From a bacterium (GTDB lineage Bacteria; UBA8248), in the NCBI GenBank assembly GCA_965213625.1, contig CBDBZU010000004.1, positions 1,920,001-1,984,000 of the forward strand: a DNA stretch of 64,000 nt. Reading direction: 5' to 3'. Shown in pieces: positions 1 to 10,190 of this stretch (its first letter is position 1; every line of letters starts with the position of its first letter). Under the pieces are notes generated by a model. The model saw only the letters and a list, made by a program, of their open reading frames with translations, had not been told where the DNA came from and ran no database searches. Position numbers and translations under genes: made by a program.

Positions 1-2048
1 ACGCCGCCTGCGTAGATGCTGGTGATCGAGCCCTGAATGGTGCCTACTTCATCGTCGGCGGCATTTTCATCATCAGCCGTTCCAGGTGCGCCGAAGTTAG
101 CGGTAAGCGAAGCATCGCCCTCGAAGTAATCTACGCTGCTTCCTGCTGTGTACACGCCTGTAGCTTTACCATTGTAAGTCGCCGTTCCGGTGAGCGTGAC
201 ATAGTCAGCGAAACTTGCTATCGGCTCACCACCGTCGGCGAAGGCTGCGACACCGGGCGAGTCACCATCGTTGAGCCAGACGCCGAAGGCGAGATAGTCG
301 CTATCCGGAACCGGACCAGTTGCCGCAGTCAACTCAAAATCATCTTCAGTCACATTCACCACATATTTCACCAGCCTCGTCAGCTCCCCGTCTTCAATCT
401 CGAATTGGCAGTCGGTTGGTGTGGTCGAGCCGCATACGAACTCCGCCGGAACGGGATTCGTATCCTCATCGCCGTCATGGTCGTAGGCGGCGCCTGTCAG
501 ATCGGTTGCGCCGTCCGCCAGAACAACCTCAGATTTGGATACGGGCTTGTTGCTTATGGTCAAATCGATGGTTACAGCATCTTTTGCGGCTACCGTCTGC
601 TCGATATCGGTGAAGACAATAGCGTGATTGGAACCATCCGAGATGGAATACCCGTGCATGAAGCCGGACACGCCATCGATCCGGGTGGCCGTCTGCGGCA
701 TGGCCGAGATATTGTTGCCCGGGTCCGCCTCCACGGCCGTCGTCCTGAAGGTCAGCGCAACACCGGTGCTTGGGGTAACGATGATTTCAAATGCGCCGGC
801 CGCGAATTCCACAGGCGGGTCCGCCTGCGTGTCAGGCTCCCAGGAGGCCGTCGCCGTGGCGCCGCCGGAACCACCGGTTGTGGTGCTGTCGTTGTCGGCG
901 TCCGCAGGCGTGCCCGCCGCCGCGCCGATCGCCGCCGCAACGGCCATCACGCGGACAGCCCGGGCGCCTTCATCCGTCGATTCGTCTATGTCCTCGGTAT
1001 CTGGATTATCATCTGCATCTATCGCGGCTTCCACGTCGACGGCGTTCGCCGCCTTGAGCAATCCGAGCACGTGCGCAGCCACCGGGGTCCGGGGGGGCGG
1101 CATGGGGGTAACCGGAGCAGCAACGCCGGTATTTAGTCCGATTCCCATGCCGTTCAGGTTCAACAGGTAGGTCACGAGCGTTTCGTAATGCTCCTTGGCC
1201 TCATCCCGGGCGTCTCGCGCGTCCTCCGCCATCGTGGCGTTCTTCGCTTTGCGGGCCGCAGCTGCCGCGTCGGCCGCCGCTTTCCGTATGATGGGGAGCG
1301 CGGCTTCCGCACGTTTCAGTACCGCTTCCGCCTTTTTCGCTTCTTCCTCCGCCTGCGCGTAATCCAGCCTCGCGGCCTTGGCCCTGTCCGCAGCGTTTCG
1401 CGCCTCTTCGGCTTCCTCGCGGATCAATGCAATCCTGAGGGCCGCCCCGTGTCCGTTTTCTATGACGCTGCCGTCCCTGGGATCGATAATCCTTGTGAAA
1501 CCGTTCGCCAGGGCTCGCGCAGCGAGGTCTTTGTACATATCGGCCGCCTCCTGCGCGGACGCCAGGCTCGTCGCTCCGCCGTACTTGATGACTTCATCCC
1601 GCGCGGCCTCGGCATCTTCCCGGGCTTCTACCGCCATGTCCTTGTATTTCGTGGCGTCATTCAGCGTATCCGCGTCTTGCGCCTTGTCGGCCGCCTCCTG
1701 CGCATTCTCGTACGCGGTCTTGGCCCTGCCCAGCTCAGCCGTGGCCAGGGCGAAATGGATGGGGGCGGCGTCCCGGTCGCCGGCGGCGTTGCTCAGAGTC
1801 TCCTTCGCGGTTTCCAGCGCGGCATTGGCCAGCTTGGCCGCCTCATTGGCGTCGTCTTTCGCATCCATGATCATCTGGGCGATTTCCGCCTCCGTCGGTC
1901 CCGTCATGGGCGGGTCCACCGGATCCGCAGCACCGTCGTCGCCGCCGACTCCGCCGCCTCCGCCGCCGCAGCCCGCCAGCGTCAGCGCGAACACCGCCGC
2001 CAGCGCGAAAGCGGAGAACCTGCTTATGGATTTCGCTCTGAACATCAT
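1..2048 (-). CDS. Surface lipoprotein paralog 1 (TbpB-like/Slam-substrate-like), 3' end runs off the window
   Basis: Read manually; absent from the ORF track because no stop lies in the window. Starts MMFRAKSISRFSAFALAAVFALTLAGCGGGGG after AGGAGG; LAGC lipobox, Ala-rich helical stalk, then ...YLAFGVWL...GTATYNGKATGVY...FEGDASLTANFG as in the other paralogs. Confidence 0.85.
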   Translation of the reverse strand, partial: MMFRAKSISRFSAFALAAVFALTLAGCGGGGGGVGGDDGAADPVDPPMTGPTEAEIAQMIMDAKDDANEAAKLANAALETAKETLSNAAGDRDAAPIHFALATAELGRAKTAYENAQEAADKAQDADTLNDATKYKDMAVEAREDAEAARDEVIKYGGATSLASAQEAADMYKDLAARALANGFTRIIDPRDGSVIENGHGAALRIALIREEAEEARNAADRAKAARLDYAQAEEEAKKAEAVLKRAEAALPIIRKAAADAAAAARKAKNATMAEDARDARDEAKEHYETLVTYLLNLNGMGIGLNTGVAAPVTPMPPPRTPVAAHVLGLLKAANAVDVEAAIDADDNPDTEDIDESTDEGARAVRVMAVAAAIGAAAGTPADADNDSTTTGGSGGATATASWEPDTQADPPVEFAAGAFEIIVTPSTGVALTFRTTAVEADPGNNISAMPQTATRIDGVSGFMHGYSISDGSNHAIVFTDIEQTVAAKDAVTIDLTISNKPVSKSEVVLADGATDLTGAAYDHDGDEDTNPVPAEFVCGSTTPTDCQFEIEDGELTRLVKYVVNVTEDDFELTAATGPVPDSDYLAFGVWLNDGDSPGVAAFADGGEPIASFADYVTLTGTATYNGKATGVYTAGSSVDYFEGDASLTANFGAPGTADDENAADDEVGTIQGSITSIYAGG

Positions 2049-2217
2049 GAAGTGGGTCCTCCTGAATACGATAGAAAAAGGGATTTTCCGTTTCTTCCCG
2101 GCTTTTTAGGTGGAGGACTCTTTTGAAATAGCGTTGAATTCTTGTATCTATTTGATATTTATTTTGTTACAATTGTTTCATGATGGCGTGGATTCTGTGT
2201 ATCAAGGCCCGTAATCA
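2049..2217 (-). repeat. Conserved lipoprotein leader, copy 1 (truncated)
   Basis: Aligns by eye with the proximal half of the leaders at 20870-21236, 22355-22717 and 39115-39465; similarity stops at ~2217. Confidence 0.85.
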
Positions 2218-2257
2218 AAACGAAAGCAGGTTCGTTAAAACGCCTGCGTATCTAGGG

Positions 2258-2441
2258 GTGCGCCTGTCGCGGGAGGTGCCTGTTGCTTGAAGCCGTTCCC
2301 GGGGAAAACCCGACGTACGGAATTTAAGGGGGGGCGGCTGGAAACGTGGCTCAAGGCGGAACTGTGACCCCACCCTGCAACCGAAAGGGCAGGGCTGGAA
2401 ACCCTCCGCCTGAAGGTGCGCGCGCCAGTGCTCTACCCGAC
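2258..2441 (+). mobile_element. Internally deleted group II intron remnant (5' end plus domains V-VI)
   Basis: Starts GTGCGCC. DV-like AAGCCGTTCCCGGGGAAAACCCGACGTACGGAATTT at ~2290-2325 with an AGC triad. DVI GGGGGGCGGCTGG...CCAGTGCTCTACCCGAC with a bulged A and an AC end. Confidence 0.75.
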
Positions 2442-2689
2442 AGAAGGCCAGCCACCACCTCCATCCCGAGTCATGGGCCGCTACCCGCGAGGGTGGGTGG
2501 CTAGCGTTGACAGGGGCGCGTGCGTGCGGGGCTATTGAACACCGAAAATGAATCATCATTTATCAACATTGGGGCTTTGCGCAGCGGATTGATCTGGTTA
2601 GCGGTAAATGGAGCAGATACGATGTAGGGGTGGCAGACAATTCTAACATTATAATTGAACATTAACATTAGATATGGTAGTGTTCGGGA

Positions 2690-3715
2690 ATGATGTTAGA
2701 TAGCTGTCATATCCCTTCAGACAGGGGCGAATATCGCGACCGGCTCGAAGCCTATCTCGAAGCCATTCTAAAGCGCGACGTTCCTTTGAAAGACTGGGGC
2801 GGGTATGAGGCGCTGCCTGTATTTCTGACCCGTTTCTACCAGTTTTTTGAGACGCGGATCGGTCAAACACCACTCCTCTTCATGTCGGCGAGCCAAGCCG
2901 CCGAACATACGCCAGCAGAGCTCAGGAAACACCTTGAGTTGGCGAAGGAGGGATTCGACGGAATAGTCGTATATTCAGTTGAACGACTTACAGCCGCCTT
3001 CCGCGCTCGGCTTATTGCAGCCGGCGTCGCTTTCGCCGTGCCCGGAAATCAGCTTTTTATTCCGGAACTCGCGATGGACTTGCGCGAACATTTCAGGGCG
3101 CCGAAACCGGAGCGGCCTGAAAAATTATCTCCGTCGGCTCAACTGGTTCTGTTTTTCCATCTCATCAAAGATGAGCAGGCTCGACCTTGGACGCCAACCG
3201 AGCTGACGGAACCACTTCGGTATTCGATCATGACCATGAGCCGGGCTTTTGATGAGCTTGCAGCTGTGGGCCTTGCCCGGATAGAGCGGCGTGGCCGCAG
3301 GAAGCTCTTGTCGTTCTGTTCCGAGGGGCGCTTGCTGATCGACGCTTCGAAGACACTTCTGATTCGTCCTGAACGCCGACTGGACCATGTCCGTTGGTTG
3401 AAGAGACCGCCTGGATTTCCGTTGGCCGGCGAGCACGCCCTCGCACGATTCAGCGATCTCAGCCCACCGGCCGCGCCACCGGTTTACGCAGTGACGCCGA
3501 AACAGATATGCGACCTGCTCGCGGCCGGGTGGGCGGAACAGAGAGAGGCTGACTATGACTCTGATGGTGCGCTTGCAATTTGGCGATACGATCCCGGGAT
3601 ATTGGCTCGGAACCAGATAGTCGATCCGCTCTCTCTCTTCGCGCAATTCTGGGACGACCCCGACGAACGCTTGTCCATGGCCGTCGACCAACTCCTGGAG
3701 CAATGGACATGGTGA
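2690..3715 (+). CDS. Winged-helix (MarR-like) protein, probable antitoxin of an AbiE-like pair
   Basis: 341 aa; central HTH (TPTELTEPLRYSIMTMSRAFDEL); C-terminal VDPLSL..DER motif; overlaps the downstream nucleotidyltransferase. Confidence 0.7.
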   Translation: MMLDSCHIPSDRGEYRDRLEAYLEAILKRDVPLKDWGGYEALPVFLTRFYQFFETRIGQTPLLFMSASQAAEHTPAELRKHLELAKEGFDGIVVYSVERLTAAFRARLIAAGVAFAVPGNQLFIPELAMDLREHFRAPKPERPEKLSPSAQLVLFFHLIKDEQARPWTPTELTEPLRYSIMTMSRAFDELAAVGLARIERRGRRKLLSFCSEGRLLIDASKTLLIRPERRLDHVRWLKRPPGFPLAGEHALARFSDLSPPAAPPVYAVTPKQICDLLAAGWAEQREADYDSDGALAIWRYDPGILARNQIVDPLSLFAQFWDDPDERLSMAVDQLLEQWTW

Positions 3716-4476
3716 AAGGACTTGACCGGTTCCGAGAGTATTTCGCCGGGCACGAAAATAGCTACGCGCTTATTGGCGGCGTTGCCTGCGATATTCTTTT
3801 CGGCGAAGCCGGACTTGCGTTTCGAGCCACCAAAGACTTCGACATTGTGCTGTGCGTCGAGGTGGTAGGTGTCGAGTTCGGTATGGTCTTTGCGGATTTC
3901 CTGGAAGCAGGCGGATATCAGGCCAGAGAGCGCTCGACCGGCAAGCGGGAATTCTGCCGCTTTCATCGACCATCCGACGAAACGTTCCCGGCGATGCTCG
4001 AACTCTTCGCCCGGCGACCGGATACACTGAAACTGCCCGGCGGAGCCAAGCTATCTCCGATACCTGTTGAAGAGAATGTGATCAGCCTTTCGGCCATCCT
4101 TATGGATGACGACTATTTCGAAGCGATTCAGAAAGCGCGGCGCGTTATCGACGACATAAGCCTTATCGACGAAACGATCCTTATCCCGTTTAAAGCACGC
4201 GCTTTTCTCGATCTTTCCAGACGCAAAGCAAATGGTGAAGACGTTGATGCCCGACACATACGAAAGCACCGCGCCGATGTGTTCCGGCTCGCCCAGCTAT
4301 TACCGGGTAGCGGTAACCTGCCCCTGGCCAGACCCATTCGGGCTGACTTGGCCGCGTTTCTTGAGCAGGTCGCAAGCGATTCGGACTTCGACTACAAGGC
4401 GTTGACGCTACCACTGACGTTGCCGGATGCGACGGCAATACTCGATGGATACTATCAGCTCGGCTCTTCTGCCTAG
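3709..4476 (+). CDS. Nucleotidyltransferase (AbiEii/AbiGii-like toxin)
   Basis: MVKGLDRFREYF...LIGGVAC...RATKDFDIV NTase motif, C-terminal KH..D; ATG overlaps the upstream stop. Confidence 0.75.
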   Translation: MVKGLDRFREYFAGHENSYALIGGVACDILFGEAGLAFRATKDFDIVLCVEVVGVEFGMVFADFLEAGGYQARERSTGKREFCRFHRPSDETFPAMLELFARRPDTLKLPGGAKLSPIPVEENVISLSAILMDDDYFEAIQKARRVIDDISLIDETILIPFKARAFLDLSRRKANGEDVDARHIRKHRADVFRLAQLLPGSGNLPLARPIRADLAAFLEQVASDSDFDYKALTLPLTLPDATAILDGYYQLGSSA

Positions 4477-4499
4477 GTTGAAATGTCTAAAAATCCTTG

Positions 4500-4604
4500 A
4501 TACGCAATTGGGAGTAGGGGAAGCGTTATCCGAACGGCACGGCGAGGGCCCTGCTGAAGTTACTCGACAAGGCTCCCGAAACCGCGCTGCGCCTGCTGAC
4601 CTGA
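4500..4604 (+). pseudogene. 3' fragment of an HTH antitoxin, duplicate of the end of 35220-35555
   Basis: IRNWE*GKRYPNGTARALLKLLDKAPETALRLLT matches the C-terminus of the gene at 35220-35555, with an internal stop. Confidence 0.75.
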
Positions 4605-4686
4605 GCGGGCTGCAACAAATCGCTCAGCAGTCGGCACGACATGCCCGGCAGTTGATCCTGAAATACAAGTTGGGAGGAGACAACTG

Positions 4687-4899
4687 ATGCACAAGTACGA
4701 GATCATCATCTATTGGAGCAACGAAGATCAGGAGTTCATCGCCGAGGCGCCCGAATTGCCCGGATGCACGGCTCACGGCGACGATCAGGAAACCGCGTTG
4801 CGGAATATCAAGGATGTCATGCAGTTCTGGATCGATCGGGCGAAGGAACTGGGACGGGCCGTTCCGCAGCCCAAGGGCGAGCGCCTGATGCTCGTATGA
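4687..4899 (+). CDS. hicB: HicB-family antitoxin (orphan, short form)
   Basis: YEIIIYWSNEDQEFIAEAPELPGCTAHGD...VPQPKG signature; GGAGGA RBS. Confidence 0.85.
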   Translation: MHKYEIIIYWSNEDQEFIAEAPELPGCTAHGDDQETALRNIKDVMQFWIDRAKELGRAVPQPKGERLMLV

Positions 4900-5059
4900 T
4901 CACAAGGCGCAAGGCTGTTCTACCGTCGAGATATCGTGACTGTGGACGAGAGGCATTGCGGGAGCGTCGGTGCACGGCAGTAATTCTGGTCGTGCCTGCC
5001 GGCCATCTCCATCTGCGGACTGTTGATAAAATTTGCAACCCAGCAGGCATGACATGACC

Positions 5060-5124
5060 ATGAGCACGATGAACATATCACAGCCAGAGATGCTGAAGTC
5101 CTTCGTTGACGACCAAGTCGGCAT
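5060..5124 (+). pseudogene. ParD-like RHH antitoxin N-terminal fragment, cut by an IS remnant
   Basis: MSTMNISQPEMLKSFVDDQVG, then abuts the IS1380 sequence. Confidence 0.55.
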
Positions 5125-5536
5125 AAACCGATTGCCCACCAGCAACGCCAACAAACTGTCGCGGCGCAAATACTCGTGGTCGTTCAGGTCCTCGTAGCCC
5201 AGCGCCAGTGCGTACACCCGCTGTGCCACCAGTGAGCGTACTAGACGCTCCACGCTGCTGGGCTTGCAGTATTCACGAAAACACCGCGCCAGACGAGCCA
5301 TCAGACCCAGGCGAAGATTTGTCTATCGAAACAGCACCCCGCCGGTGTCCGACGTGATTCGTCCGCCGTCGAATCGAGCGACGATATCACGTCTTCCGTG
5401 GGCGTGAAAGAGAAGCTGTTCGGGTATATAATGTGTATTTATGGGACCTCTCTGTTGGACGGGTGTAAGATGTTCATCCAATTCATATTATCCGACAATC
5501 AGAAGTCCCATGCCATTTGCCGGTGAAATATCCGGG
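5125..5536 (-). mobile_element. IS1380-family remnant (left end and transposase N-terminus)
   Basis: FDGGRITSDTGG...LVAQRVYALALGYEDLNDHEYLRRD with an internal stop; end-like CCCGGATATTTCAC at ~5523-5536. Confidence 0.8.
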
Positions 5537-6014
5537 CTAGAAACGAATCGAAAAAGGCCGCAAAAAAGCGAGAGATTCTCCCGGGTTGCTTGGAGACTTC
5601 GTTGGCGCTCGAAACGATCGAGGGGCGAGAATGGCCGCAAACGGAAACCGAAACTAACTTCTTCGTTCTGCGAAGTTCACCGCACGGGACATCTTTCGAG
5701 ACATAGAGAGGGTCTAAGAGAAGAAGAGATTGATCGAATCAGACTTAATATCCCCGAAATTGCCGAAATAATCGGCGAAATACCTGCGAGACCAGGCGTA
5801 ATCGGAGAGCGAAAATATAGAGATACAGTCCTGCCTGACGACCATAGTGAACAATCTATATCGGCTCTCCGCCGTTCTTTTTGTTCGATTATGCGCTCTC
5901 TGGAGAACCCTCTGGATACCCGTGGCAAGCACAAATTCCACCATGTCCCCGGTGTGAGCCAAGCCGCCTGAACCTGAATACGAAACATTCCCTAACCCGA
6001 TTCTTCAGCAAACC

Positions 6015-6212
6015 CTATTCTGAAATTGACGATTCGTTAAATTCATCAATTGTACGGCGCGGCGGATAGTTTACATAGCTGCGGTTGGAAGTCTCCTGCC
6101 TGTCCCTGATGTCGCGAAAGATCGCACCCAAATCATAGCTGAATCGGGCAGCGTATTCGTCACGAATCGCCCGAACTTCGGCGATGATAGGGTCAGTCGT
6201 TATCGGATTCAT
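6015..6212 (-). CDS. Small hypothetical protein of a type often found beside PIN toxins
   Basis: MNPITTDPIIAEVRAIRDEYAARFSYDLGAIFRDIR; 65 aa. Confidence 0.55.
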   Translation of the reverse strand: MNPITTDPIIAEVRAIRDEYAARFSYDLGAIFRDIRDRQETSNRSYVNYPPRRTIDEFNESSISE

Positions 6213-6516
6213 GCCGTGCCTCTTTGTTGTGGGAGTTACGATCACAGGTGCACGGTACGTGCGGTGAAGAAAATTATGTTGCCTTCGAACTCTTCAAGAA
6301 CCCCGCTTGGAAGAGGTTATTGAGATCAACGAAACATAATTTGCTGCGCAACATAAAATATGTAATGTGTTACTCAATATAACCACTCGATGAACGATGG
6401 CGACATCCGCCCCTGCCCGCCGGGGGACGGACGCCTAAGGACCGGCGCGAAACGAGGCCGTTCATATGGTGGCAGAACATTCAGTCAATAATTTTCGTGT
6501 TGACAATATCGTGTGC

Positions 6517-6744
6517 ATGACAAATAATTTCCCGAAGTTAGACGTCACGAAAAGAAAGAAAGAAGAATTCAAGAGTACTCACAATGAAATCAAAATGGCT
6601 CAAGAAGAATTCGATAAGTTTAATGATCGCTGATTGCACGGACAAAGAATCAATAAATGGTTCTTTAGAATTTACCATCAAGGCACTGCAATGGAAGCAA
6701 GGATAGACGCCCTTGATGATATGGTAACTGCTCTCGAAAAGTAA
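6517..6744 (+). pseudogene. AT-rich small coiled-coil ORF with one in-frame stop
   Basis: MTNNFPKLD...DKFNDR*LHGQ...MEARIDALDDMVTALEK*; ends 4 nt before the structured element at 6749. Confidence 0.35.
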
Positions 6745-6748
6745 TATT

Positions 6749-6855
6749 GGGGTTGTCCGTTGGTTGCCTCTACATCGTCGGGAGGCAAATTGTACCGCAT
6801 TCCTGGGCAAGAGTTTGAGTCCTCTCACCGGGATTCGGGAACAATGGGCAACCCC
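6749..6855 (+). ncRNA. Divergent orphan copy of the lipoprotein-trailer three-way-junction element
   Basis: GGGGTTGTCCGTTG...TGTACCGC...GAGTTTGAGTCCTC...CGGGAACAATGGGCAACCCC; same architecture as 41299-41398, with compensatory changes. Confidence 0.6.
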
Positions 6856-7714
6856 ACTTTTTGTAGCCGCTTCTTAGGAATCCCTCCTGCCAGGGCGACC
6901 GTGGTGAGAAGCGGCGAATCGCCCCTTCCGACTTCATAAGTCGTGCAGTCATAGTCGCGAGAAACTGAATATGATTGGAAAAATGAAGTCTCTCCTCATA
7001 CACAAGGCACCTCCAAGCGGGAGGGGAGACGACTCAAAAAGAATTATGATGGACGATGAAACCAGACAGGCATTCGAGAGGCTCGGCAAGGAAATGCGCT
7101 TAGGTTGCATGTGAATGGAAGGCCGAATACAGAACCTAGGGAGCCGGGTGTCCACTCTGGTGGCGCACGTTTATAAAGTGGAAAAGAGCCAAGATGCTTT
7201 CGGCAAGGCGTTTGCCGATTTTAGGCTCGAAATGCTTGACCTCATCCGTGAACGGATCCAGTTATAATGAGCTCCGAGATTTAGAACCACGCCTATGCAT
7301 TCATGGCGCTTATCGCCGCTCAACTGAGCCGCCAGCAAAAGGCAAATCTTAAATACGTCCTGGACAACTACAAGCAGCAGGAATCCGTCGACGATACCGT
7401 GACGGAAGCCAACCTGCGCTTTAGGAAACTCCTGCTCTTCCTGGACGAAAACCTCTGTTGTGTATGAGTCGAATTGAAGAAGGCACCGCACGAACCATTG
7501 CTTGCCGAGCGACATTCCAGGACAAGTCGCCAATATTGACGATGCCTGTCCATGGTGGACACAATCCGCCGCCATGTCAAATTTCCGGATTCGTCAAAGG
7601 TGCTGCCTATCCGGAGGAGAAAAGGTGTTTGCCAACGATGGGAAAACGCGTAAAATCGGCTTAATGTCTACTTAAATATACTTTACAATAGATTCTGTCT
7701 GCAGGAGAAGACAA

Positions 7715-8056
7715 ATGCCCGGAAGAATTGAAAACACGCTGCCGATTCCGGTTCGCCGCGCCCTGAGGAAACTCGGCGAGGAAATCCGCGACGCACGCCG
7801 GCGGCGGCGTATTTCGACGGCGGTGATGGCCGAACGCGCGCTCATCAGCCGGATGTCCTTGTACAAAATCGAAAGGGGCGATCCGGGCGTGTCGCTCGGG
7901 CTCTACGCCTCGGTCCTCTTCGTGCTCGGGATGAACGAGCGGCTCGCCGATCTCGCAGACCCGCGGCACGACCCCGTGGGCTTGAGCCTTCAGGATGCAT
8001 TGCTGCCCAGGCGCATCCGTTCGCCCCGTTCCGGCAAGCCCGGGGGCGGCGCGTAA
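7715..8056 (+). CDS. XRE HTH antitoxin (HipB-like)
   Basis: IRDARRRRRISTAVMAERALISRMSLYKIERGDPGVS; stop/start overlap with hipA. Confidence 0.85.
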   Translation: MPGRIENTLPIPVRRALRKLGEEIRDARRRRRISTAVMAERALISRMSLYKIERGDPGVSLGLYASVLFVLGMNERLADLADPRHDPVGLSLQDALLPRRIRSPRSGKPGGGA

Positions 8057-9312
8057 TGGAGCGGGAGATTCTCGTCCATATCGACCTGCATGGCTCGCCC
8101 GTCCTCGCCGGGCGATTGTGGACCCGCATCCTCCGGGGACGCGAAAGCGCTTCCTTCGAGTACGACGCCGCCTGGCTGGCGCACCCCGAGCGTTTCGCTC
8201 TGGAGCCGGCTCTGACACTTGCGCCCGGCCCATTCCACAAGCCGCCTGAAAGGGCGCTCTTCGGCGCCATCGGAGACTCTGCGCCCGATCGGTGGGGCCG
8301 TATGCTCATGCGGCGCGCGGCGCGCCGGCGCGTCGGACAAGAGGGCCTCTCGCCCCGGACCCTGTTCGAAGCGGATTTCCTGCTACGCGTGGATGATGAG
8401 GCGCGCCAGGGCGCGTTGCGCTTCGCTGAGGATGCTGGCGGGCCGTTCCTCGCCCCGGCCTCCGAACTGCGCATCCCGCCGCTCGTCCGGCTTCCCCGGC
8501 TTCTCTCCGCCGCCGAGAGGTTCACTGAAGATGAAGACGATGACGATGACCTGAAACAGTTGCTGGCACCGGGCTCCTCCCTCGGCGGGGCGAGACCGAA
8601 GGCATCCGTTCGCGACCACGATGGACACCTGGCCCTCGCCAAGTTTCCCCACAGAGGGGACGACGTCGACATCGTCCTCTGGGAGGCCGTTGTCCTGGCG
8701 CTAGCCGCCAGGGCGGGTATCCCCGTTCCCGATTGGCGAATCGAGACGATCAATGGAAAGGCGGTGCTCCTCACCCGCCGGTTCGACCGAGAAGCCGGGC
8801 GGCGCATCCCGTTCCTCTCGGCCATGAGCATGCTGGGCGCAAACGACCGCGAGACGCGCTCCTATCTGGAGATCGCCGATGCCCTCCGCCGCTACGGGGC
8901 GGCGGCGAAAGAGGACCTTGCGCAGCTTTGGCGGCGCATCGTGTTCAACGTGCTTGTTTCGAACACGGACGACCATCTGCGGAACCATGGATTCCTGTAC
9001 GCGGGTCAAGGCGGCTGGCGCCTTTCTCCTGCCTATGACCTGAATCCCGTTCCCATCGATCTGGGCCCGCGCCTGCTCTCTACGGCCATCGATCTCGACG
9101 ACCCGGCGGCCTCGATCGAAGCGGCTCTGGGCACGGCCGAATATTATGGCCTCCGGACGGTGGAGGCGTCGTCCGTTGCAGGGCAAGTGGCGCGTTCCGT
9201 ATCGGGTTGGCGCAAAGAGGCGACAGGCCTCGGGATTCGTGCCCGCGAGATCGAACGCATGTCCTCGGCTTTTGAGCACGCGGATCTGGGATTTGCCCTC
9301 AAACTCACATGA
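8056..9312 (+). CDS. hipA: HipA-family kinase toxin
   Basis: DSAPDRWGR, GSSLGGARPKAS, NTDDHLRNHGF and LSPAYDLNP motifs. Confidence 0.92.
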   Translation: MEREILVHIDLHGSPVLAGRLWTRILRGRESASFEYDAAWLAHPERFALEPALTLAPGPFHKPPERALFGAIGDSAPDRWGRMLMRRAARRRVGQEGLSPRTLFEADFLLRVDDEARQGALRFAEDAGGPFLAPASELRIPPLVRLPRLLSAAERFTEDEDDDDDLKQLLAPGSSLGGARPKASVRDHDGHLALAKFPHRGDDVDIVLWEAVVLALAARAGIPVPDWRIETINGKAVLLTRRFDREAGRRIPFLSAMSMLGANDRETRSYLEIADALRRYGAAAKEDLAQLWRRIVFNVLVSNTDDHLRNHGFLYAGQGGWRLSPAYDLNPVPIDLGPRLLSTAIDLDDPAASIEAALGTAEYYGLRTVEASSVAGQVARSVSGWRKEATGLGIRAREIERMSSAFEHADLGFALKLT

Positions 9313-9523
9313 CTCCATTATCTGTTCTCCGTCTTCATGGGCCACATGATGCAGGAGACACGTTCCATCTTGCCGGTCAAGTGAAGGCGAATGAAGGGAT
9401 TGGATGCACGTCCTGGGAGGGGAACCGGAACCACGAGGCGGGAAACCGCTTAAGGAGAAGCCCTCGGCCGATATGCGCCAAATGAAATTTCGGACTTCTG
9501 TAGTCGCTCTCTAGATGGGCTCA

Positions 9524-9588
9524 AAACACAATCCGGCATACGGCATTCATGTCGGCACGAGGATTCGACAGGAAGAAGTTCAGGAGCT
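9524..9588 (+). repeat. Short dispersed repeat, also at ~21308-21372
   Basis: AAAACACAATCCGGCAT...TTCATG...GGATTCGACAGGAA...GTTCAGGAG occurs at both sites. Confidence 0.6.
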
Positions 9589-9887
9589 TTCGTTGATCGA
9601 GAGGAGAGGCGTCCGGAGGACACCTGCCAGTGAAGCGGCGACATTCCCGGGGGCGCAGCGGCGTTCGCCGGTCGAGCGTGATTCGGTCGTATTGATTCCG
9701 CTCACTTGCGCTCTCTCCTTGTCGGTATAATCGGGAGCATCCCTTGCTCCTGCTTTGTTAGCACGTGAAGAGTTAGCGCCCACGACGATATTCGCTCGAT
9801 TTCCAATCGGAGCTCTGGAGACTTTGGATCCATCTTGCCGCATGGCCTATTGCAGGTTATATTACTCGCAATACAGGGAAGTCTATC

Positions 9888-10190
9888 ATGAGTAATATAT
9901 CCCAAAGACGTGCGACAAAAAAATATCGAAGCCGTTTGGCTGAACGCGGTATGGCCCGCTTCGAGGTCCTCGGTCGCGAAGCCGACCGGGATCTTATCCG
10001 CTCGCTGGCCAGGCGTTTAGCCGAGGACTGTCCGGAAGCCGATCGTCTGAGGACCGTCGTCAGCCAGAGCGTCGCCGGCAAACCGCCACGGAAAGGCGGA
10101 ATCCTCGAAGCGCTGCGCCGCTCGCCGCTCGTCGGCGCCGAAGCTATTGCATCCCGTCCATTCGAGTCCGGTCGCAAGGTTGATCTGTGA
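9888..10190 (+). CDS. Antitoxin of a VapBC-type pair
   Basis: 100 aa (RFEVLGREADRDLIRSLARRL); GTGA overlap with the PIN gene. Confidence 0.7.
   Translation: MSNISQRRATKKYRSRLAERGMARFEVLGREADRDLIRSLARRLAEDCPEADRLRTVVSQSVAGKPPRKGGILEALRRSPLVGAEAIASRPFESGRKVDL

Noticed and set aside
320-2126. Long plus-strand ORFs (405-1136, 1188-2126, 1378-2109)
   Set aside because: Antisense shadows of lipoprotein paralog 1. The same applies to shadows over the other GC-rich genes (e.g. 11172-12311, 22616-23896, 56123-57445).
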